Shown here in pieces: positions 59,385 to 64,000 of a DNA stretch of 64,000 nucleotides. The position numbers were made by a program, and so were the translations under genes. The stretch is from Candidatus Curtissbacteria bacterium (GTDB lineage: Bacteria > Patescibacteriota > Microgenomatia > Curtissbacterales > GWA2-41-24). Within the stretch, counting starts at the first letter, position 1. Each line of letters opens with the position of its first letter. The stretch lies in assembly GCA_024654445.1 (NCBI GenBank), contig JANLHP010000017.1, positions 144,524 through 208,523 of the forward strand. The letters are read 5' to 3'. Below the pieces are notes generated by a model. That model did not search any database and had not been told where the DNA came from. It worked only from the letters and a program-made list of their open reading frames with translations.

Positions 59385-62300
59385 CCCCCATTAGACTATG
59401 CGTGAAATTGTAATGTTTCGGGTAAGTTGAAGGGTAATTTATAGGACCGCACGTTCTGGAGTTGTGTGTCTTCCAGACGACGTGAATTGCGATTGCCTCC
59501 GCGAAATCTTCGGCTTGGCTTTTTTGAGCGGGGTAACTACATATATAGCCCTCTGTCCAAGGAGATTCGTTTAGAAAGTTTTGATACGCTTGCAGTCCGT
59601 AGCATTGGACGATGTGACCGGATTCGTGAGCCAATACGTAAAGGGTGTTGTCCGGGTTTCCGACGCCTAGGTTTGAGATTGCAATGTGGTTGGGGCAAGT
59701 AACAAAGTTGAAGCCGTCCGAATGGTCTCTATGAAGTATTACAGTCCCTTGTGAGCAGACAAGATTTAGGTAAGCGGGGGCGCGAGAAAGTGCAGTAATT
59801 GCCTCCATTTCCAGCGCTTTTTCGCTGTCTGTCCAAGGACCTTGAAAAGTGAAGCAGTTGATAGCAGCTGGCGAACCTACTCTGACTACAGTGGTCGCAA
59901 AGTCGGCAATAGGGTCTCCGCCTTCGGGCACGGCTGTTACCTTAATTGTATTTAAGATTACAGAGTCGTTGTAGCTTTCGTTAACTCCAATTGTAATTTG
60001 CGCTGTACAGCTTTCGTTTGGCGCGAGAGTGTCAGGGCAAGCCACCTGTGGGTTTGTGGGTGCAATAGCTTTACCCAAAACCTTTGTTTCGTCCAAATTT
60101 TGGATATTGTTTAATTTTACCTCTTTTGCCGTAAGGGTGATGGTGAATGTGATTTGTTGAGTTTGGCCTGGTGGTTGGTTCGAGATGACGTCGGGTTGGG
60201 CTGTTTTTGTAAGCGTAAAAAAGGTATTATCTCCAGCGATTGGCCCTTTTATATAACTGTTGTTGCTGGAAAATGCTGTCGATGTGACTATTCCCATCAG
60301 GATTCCGCCGATTCCGATTGCGCCTAATCCCCCGAATACTGAGATTGCCAGGAAAGGAGAGGAAACCGAAAGACTGCCCGCAAGCAGTGAGCTCGCGCCC
60401 GCGCTTAAGCCTCCGAAAAGTCCGCTTGCCGCGCCGGCGAAGCCTCCCCAGACAGCAGAACTTGCACCAGTGATGCCACTGCCTATGGATGAGAAGAGCC
60501 CGCCAATGGAGCCCCCGATCCCGTTAATGGCGCTTGTTATTGGTGCCCATGGGCGCGCAACAAAAGCCAGGGTTTTACCAGGGTTAAGAAAACCAATGGC
60601 TGCACCAATTGTTCCGCCGATGGCTCCCCCAATGAGCGCTCCGGGTATACCTCCAACGAAGAATCCTACGGTTGCTCCTATTGTTGCGCCTGCCGCAATC
60701 CCGGCGAGAAGCCCAAGCGCTTTAATGCCCATGCTTATGAGTAAGCCGGCAAGAAGAGCGCCCGCTACCATTGCTGCTTTTTTGATTAGGTTAATTAGTT
60801 TCGGCGCCGCGAGTAATGCCAGGCCTAATGGGTTAGCGGCAAAAGCAAGGCGGCCCAACTTCGCTATTTTCGTGATGGATTTGGCGGTACTTACGATACC
60901 CTTGCCCGTGTGGAATATGGACTTTGCCTGGTCCAAGCCGGAATAACTTGTTCCCAGAGAATAGACTAGCGAGGTGAACATCCTTTTGGGAGAAGCTTGA
61001 GTGCTCAAACTTACTGGTACAAAAATCCCGGGGCTTTGCCTGAAGATTGCGCGGTACGAATACCACATTGCGGCAGAAGATTGGACTAGAGTTCTGTGGT
61101 TGGGAAGCCCTCGCGCCCAACTTCTAAAGATGGCTGTTATTTTTGGCCTTTTGAGGGAAAGTTTTTGAGCTTCTTTAAGTGTTGTTAAATTTTTCCTGGC
61201 AAGGTTAAGCTTTTTTCTGTCTCGAAGACTCAACGAAGGGCGTGTTTCTAATGATTTTACTTCTCTTTCAGCTTTTTCCAGATTTGTTCTGAATCTTTGC
61301 TGATTAAATGTGAGAAGCGCGTAAGTTGCCTCTTTTTGTCCATTTTCTGTTCCCAGTCTTGCACCTGCTACCGCATTTTTAATGCCTGACACAAAAGTCA
61401 GATTTTTTGGCCGGATACCTGTTAGGCCAAGCGCGCTTATTTCATCGGGTGCCAGCGGTTTTAGGCCTAGATCTTTTGCTAACTCTCCCGCGATTTCTTT
61501 GAAAGGAAGAGTGCTTGGAGCTCTTGCTCCGGCGGTCGCGGTTCGCGCGATCGCCCTATTGTGGGCTACTTCTTTGATCCGCGCGAGTTGTTCTAAATTT
61601 GGCAAGTTGCGGGATTCAATAGATGGTTTTGTGGAACTCGCGATTTGCGCCTGATAATTTCCAAGATACGTTCCTAGATCTAGTTCCAGATCTACTTGTC
61701 GCGTTTGTGTTGTTAGGGGGGCTTGGCTTTGGATGACCTCTTCGACTGCGAGCTCTATTTTTTCAGGAATTTGAGAATTAGGGGCTGAGAGTTTCGCGAC
61801 TTTTTCAAGATTTCCTAAAACTGCAACTTGTTCCAGGTTCAGTGAAGGGTTCGTGGCTACGACTGTGGTTTCTTTTTCGATCATATCGTAAAGTTTTTCT
61901 TCCGGGATTTTTACTTGTTGGGTTTGAGGATGAACAAGTATGGTTTGGGTTACGCTATCAGCAACGACCTGGTTAATCTGTGCAGCATCCTGAATGGTCG
62001 CGAGGTTTTCAAAGATTTCCCTTGCGCTTTCCTGGCTAATTTCTGTGGCAACTTTTAATAACTCCTCGTGGTTTAAATTGGTGACGCCAATCGTAGGCAA
62101 CAGGGCGACAATTTTTTCTTGGAGGGCCCCGTTTAATTCAGGCTTGATTATTTCGGTGTGGTGTTTGAGTAATGGCTCAATTTCTTCTAGTTCTGCTAAA
62201 ACGCCGAGTGCCCCGATACGTTTGTCGTGCGCGAAAGGGGTAAGATGAGGGACTTGTGATTCAAGGTGATTTTCGCCCTCAACTTTTTTAATGGCTTCTT

Positions 62301-62520
62301 GGATTTTTTCCGGATCGTTCACGCTTTCGACTGCTTGGGTTCCGAGAATGTTTTCAAGCTGAACCATAATCGACTGGCGATTTATTTCGACGTCGCCAAA
62401 TTGTGCCTTGAGTTCTTCATCGGTGGGGAATCTGGTACCAGAACGAAGGCAGTTCAGGAATAAAAGAGTGGCTTCTTTCAGAACTTCTTGGTAAGACTTT
62501 GCGGTTATGTCGGCGGGCAT
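59371..62520 (-). CDS. giant (1049 aa) protein: ~520-aa N-terminal soluble region, glycine-zipper-rich polytopic membrane core, C-terminal HExxH zincin-like (DUF4157-like) domain
   Basis: No signal peptide. Residues ~540-760 are Gly/Ala-rich TM helices (GIAAGATIGATVGFFVGGIPGALIGGAIGGTIGAAIG...). C-terminus has YVLAHESGHIVQ, matching the DUF4157 LAHELxHVxQ signature. Confidence 0.6.
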   Translation of the reverse strand: MPADITAKSYQEVLKEATLLFLNCLRSGTRFPTDEELKAQFGDVEINRQSIMVQLENILGTQAVESVNDPEKIQEAIKKVEGENHLESQVPHLTPFAHDKRIGALGVLAELEEIEPLLKHHTEIIKPELNGALQEKIVALLPTIGVTNLNHEELLKVATEISQESAREIFENLATIQDAAQINQVVADSVTQTILVHPQTQQVKIPEEKLYDMIEKETTVVATNPSLNLEQVAVLGNLEKVAKLSAPNSQIPEKIELAVEEVIQSQAPLTTQTRQVDLELDLGTYLGNYQAQIASSTKPSIESRNLPNLEQLARIKEVAHNRAIARTATAGARAPSTLPFKEIAGELAKDLGLKPLAPDEISALGLTGIRPKNLTFVSGIKNAVAGARLGTENGQKEATYALLTFNQQRFRTNLEKAEREVKSLETRPSLSLRDRKKLNLARKNLTTLKEAQKLSLKRPKITAIFRSWARGLPNHRTLVQSSAAMWYSYRAIFRQSPGIFVPVSLSTQASPKRMFTSLVYSLGTSYSGLDQAKSIFHTGKGIVSTAKSITKIAKLGRLAFAANPLGLALLAAPKLINLIKKAAMVAGALLAGLLISMGIKALGLLAGIAAGATIGATVGFFVGGIPGALIGGAIGGTIGAAIGFLNPGKTLAFVARPWAPITSAINGIGGSIGGLFSSIGSGITGASSAVWGGFAGAASGLFGGLSAGASSLLAGSLSVSSPFLAISVFGGLGAIGIGGILMGIVTSTAFSSNNSYIKGPIAGDNTFFTLTKTAQPDVISNQPPGQTQQITFTITLTAKEVKLNNIQNLDETKVLGKAIAPTNPQVACPDTLAPNESCTAQITIGVNESYNDSVILNTIKVTAVPEGGDPIADFATTVVRVGSPAAINCFTFQGPWTDSEKALEMEAITALSRAPAYLNLVCSQGTVILHRDHSDGFNFVTCPNHIAISNLGVGNPDNTLYVLAHESGHIVQCYGLQAYQNFLNESPWTEGYICSYPAQKSQAEDFAEAIAIHVVWKTHNSRTCGPINYPSTYPKHYNFTHSLMGGVEF

Positions 62521-62796
62521 GGCTGGTTTAACTCTAATATAGCATTTGGGGAGGTATCACAAGTACGAAAAGTATCACAAGTATCAGAAGATTCAGAAAA
62601 CTCAGCCAAATCGGCATATCAGAAAGTCTGAAACTCGGATGTGATTTAAGGTGGCATCCTTGAGTCATCGAAAGGTGCCCTACCTTAAATCTTAAAAGTT
62701 CAAGGATGAGACCTTAATACAAGGATCTCACCTTGAACACAGACATTCAGGTTACCTGATACCCTGACCTTCTGAGTATTCAGAGTATTCTGAAAG
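62521..62796. repeat. repeat-rich intergenic region between VirB4-like gene and giant gene
   Basis: Direct repeats gtatcacaagta x2, caaggatgagacctt / caaggatctcacctt and ctgagtattcagagtattctga. Confidence 0.4.
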
Positions 62797-64000
62797 TTAC
62801 GGTAGATCTGGCTTGGGCTGAGTGGGAGCTTGAGCGAATTGATCAACTACTTGTTGAGACTTTTTTCGCATTTCCAGAAGCTCTTCCGGTTTTGTGGTAA
62901 CGAGATAGTGTTCGTCTTCTGAAGCGATTACTCTTATCGCGACGTGATTCGCGCCCGCGAAAAAAATTCCTTCACCGATATCAGCCGCGAGGAGTAAATG
63001 CTTTTCGCCTTCTGACAAATAAAAGGTGTCAGCGACCTTTTCGATCGCGGCTGGCGACTGTTTAAGGAGAATTTGGATGGAAGAGTTTGTAACTATTGCC
63101 CTGCCGTAATCTGTGTTTAAGAAATCTTCGACGTCTTGAGTGATGGTGGTCAAGCCAAGGAAATACTTTCTGGCGCGTTTGGCGATGCTGTACATAAACG
63201 TCGCGCTGTCGGGATACTGCATCATGTACCAGGCCTCATCGACGATGAGCAAGCGTTTCCTAATGTCGTTTTTGATTCTCGTCCAAATGAAATCAAGAAT
63301 GAGATACATTGCAATCGGTCGTAGTTCATCTTCGAGGTCTTTAATTGAAAAAACGGTGAACGTGTTTTTAAGGTCGATATTACTTTGCTGGTTAAATATT
63401 CCCAAAAGCGAGCCTTTGACGAATTTTTCGAGCCTGTCAGCGAGACCTTTGGCGGCTGTTTCTTCCATGCCTAGAAGTACTTTGTAGAGATCTTCCATCA
63501 GGGGCGGCTCGTTCTTTTGAGTGGCTGGGTCTGGCGTTATGCCCTTTGATTTATATGTCGCGACGAGCGCTTTATCTAGAATCGCGTCTTCCGTTGGCGA
63601 AAGTTCGCCCATGACAACTTTGAGGAAACCGTGGAGAGTAAGGATTTTAAGGCCGAGTTCGTTTTCGCCTTCTTCGTAAACGCCAGAAAGATCAAAGGGG
63701 TTAATTTTCGCGGGTGAACTGAAGCTGAAGGAGATGTATTCACCGCCAATTGCTTCGCAGAGGTTTTTATATTCCTGCTCGGGGTCGATAACGATTACTT
63801 CGGTCCCGAACATTAGGGATCTTAAGGCTTCGAGTTTGACGAGATAAGATTTTCCGGCGCCGGATTTGGCAAAGACTACGGAATTGGCGTTTTCTTGAGA
63901 GAACCTGTCGAAAATTACGAGCGATCCATTGTGTTCATTGATGCCGTACATAATGCCCGAGTTTGAGGTAAGAGCGGATGAAATGAATGGGAAAGTGGTC
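62797..64000 (-). CDS. VirB4/TrbE/CagE-family type IV secretion ATPase, C-terminal part (gene continues beyond window end)
   Basis: Walker A VVFAKSGAGKSYLVK. VIVIDPEQEY. Walker B LLIVDEAWYMM...KRARKYFLGLTTITQDVEDF. The frame stays open past 63951 to the window edge. Confidence 0.75.
   Translation of the reverse strand, partial: TTFPFISSALTSNSGIMYGINEHNGSLVIFDRFSQENANSVVFAKSGAGKSYLVKLEALRSLMFGTEVIVIDPEQEYKNLCEAIGGEYISFSFSSPAKINPFDLSGVYEEGENELGLKILTLHGFLKVVMGELSPTEDAILDKALVATYKSKGITPDPATQKNEPPLMEDLYKVLLGMEETAAKGLADRLEKFVKGSLLGIFNQQSNIDLKNTFTVFSIKDLEDELRPIAMYLILDFIWTRIKNDIRKRLLIVDEAWYMMQYPDSATFMYSIAKRARKYFLGLTTITQDVEDFLNTDYGRAIVTNSSIQILLKQSPAAIEKVADTFYLSEGEKHLLLAADIGEGIFFAGANHVAIRVIASEDEHYLVTTKPEELLEMRKKSQQVVDQFAQAPTQPKPDLP

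Noticed and set aside
60260-60946. 228-aa Pro/Ala-rich + strand ORF
   Set aside because: Antisense to the Gly/Ala-rich membrane core of the giant minus-strand gene. It is the mirror of GGN/GCN codons and not an independent gene.

Overview
This 64-kb window is low-GC (roughly 40%), gene-dense bacterial chromosome. Gene content suggests a Candidate Phyla Radiation/Patescibacteria-like lineage; this is an inference from an epimerase-DUF4012 fusion, GT-C glycosyltransferases and weak or absent Shine-Dalgarno sites. It spans the replication-origin neighbourhood: rpmH-rnpA-yidD-yidC-jag on the minus strand facing dnaA-dnaN, then a four-helix-bundle protein and a DciA (DUF721)-like gene. AT-rich stretches with degenerate DnaA boxes lie on both sides of dnaA. 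Recognisable housekeeping genes are uvrD (partial), rmuC, a class A PBP, metG, tatD, groES/groEL, pyrG, tsaD, valS, rplY(ctc) and rnhA. There are two cell-envelope clusters. The first has a processive GT2, a GH18-like enzyme, a DacA-like carboxypeptidase, two GT-C enzymes, WecA/MraY-like GT4 and a UbiA-family DPPR-synthase-like prenyl-phosphate enzyme. The second has an epimerase-DUF4012 fusion with Wzz-, Wzx- and Wzy-like genes, rnhA embedded. A Phd/Doc-type toxin-antitoxin pair is present. At the 3' end a VirB4-like ATPase (running off the window) sits upstream of a 1049-aa protein with a glycine-zipper membrane core and a C-terminal HExxH zincin-like (DUF4157-like) domain.

The most unusual signal is a dispersed family of GC-rich palindromic (MITE/RPE-like) repeat elements at eight or more loci. 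One copy is inserted in-frame inside tatD. Another overlaps the annotated N-terminus of a GT2 gene. Degenerate copies lie in several intergenic spacers.

Other anomalies: a ~45-bp direct duplication of the UbiA-gene 3' end flanking a one-gene insertion; a relic tsaD 5' end; a frameshift-split 3D/DPBB-like gene; a conserved AATTTCTAATTTCTAA intergenic motif; and a CIRCE-like operator at the groES promoter. No rRNA, tRNA or CRISPR array was recognisable by eye.
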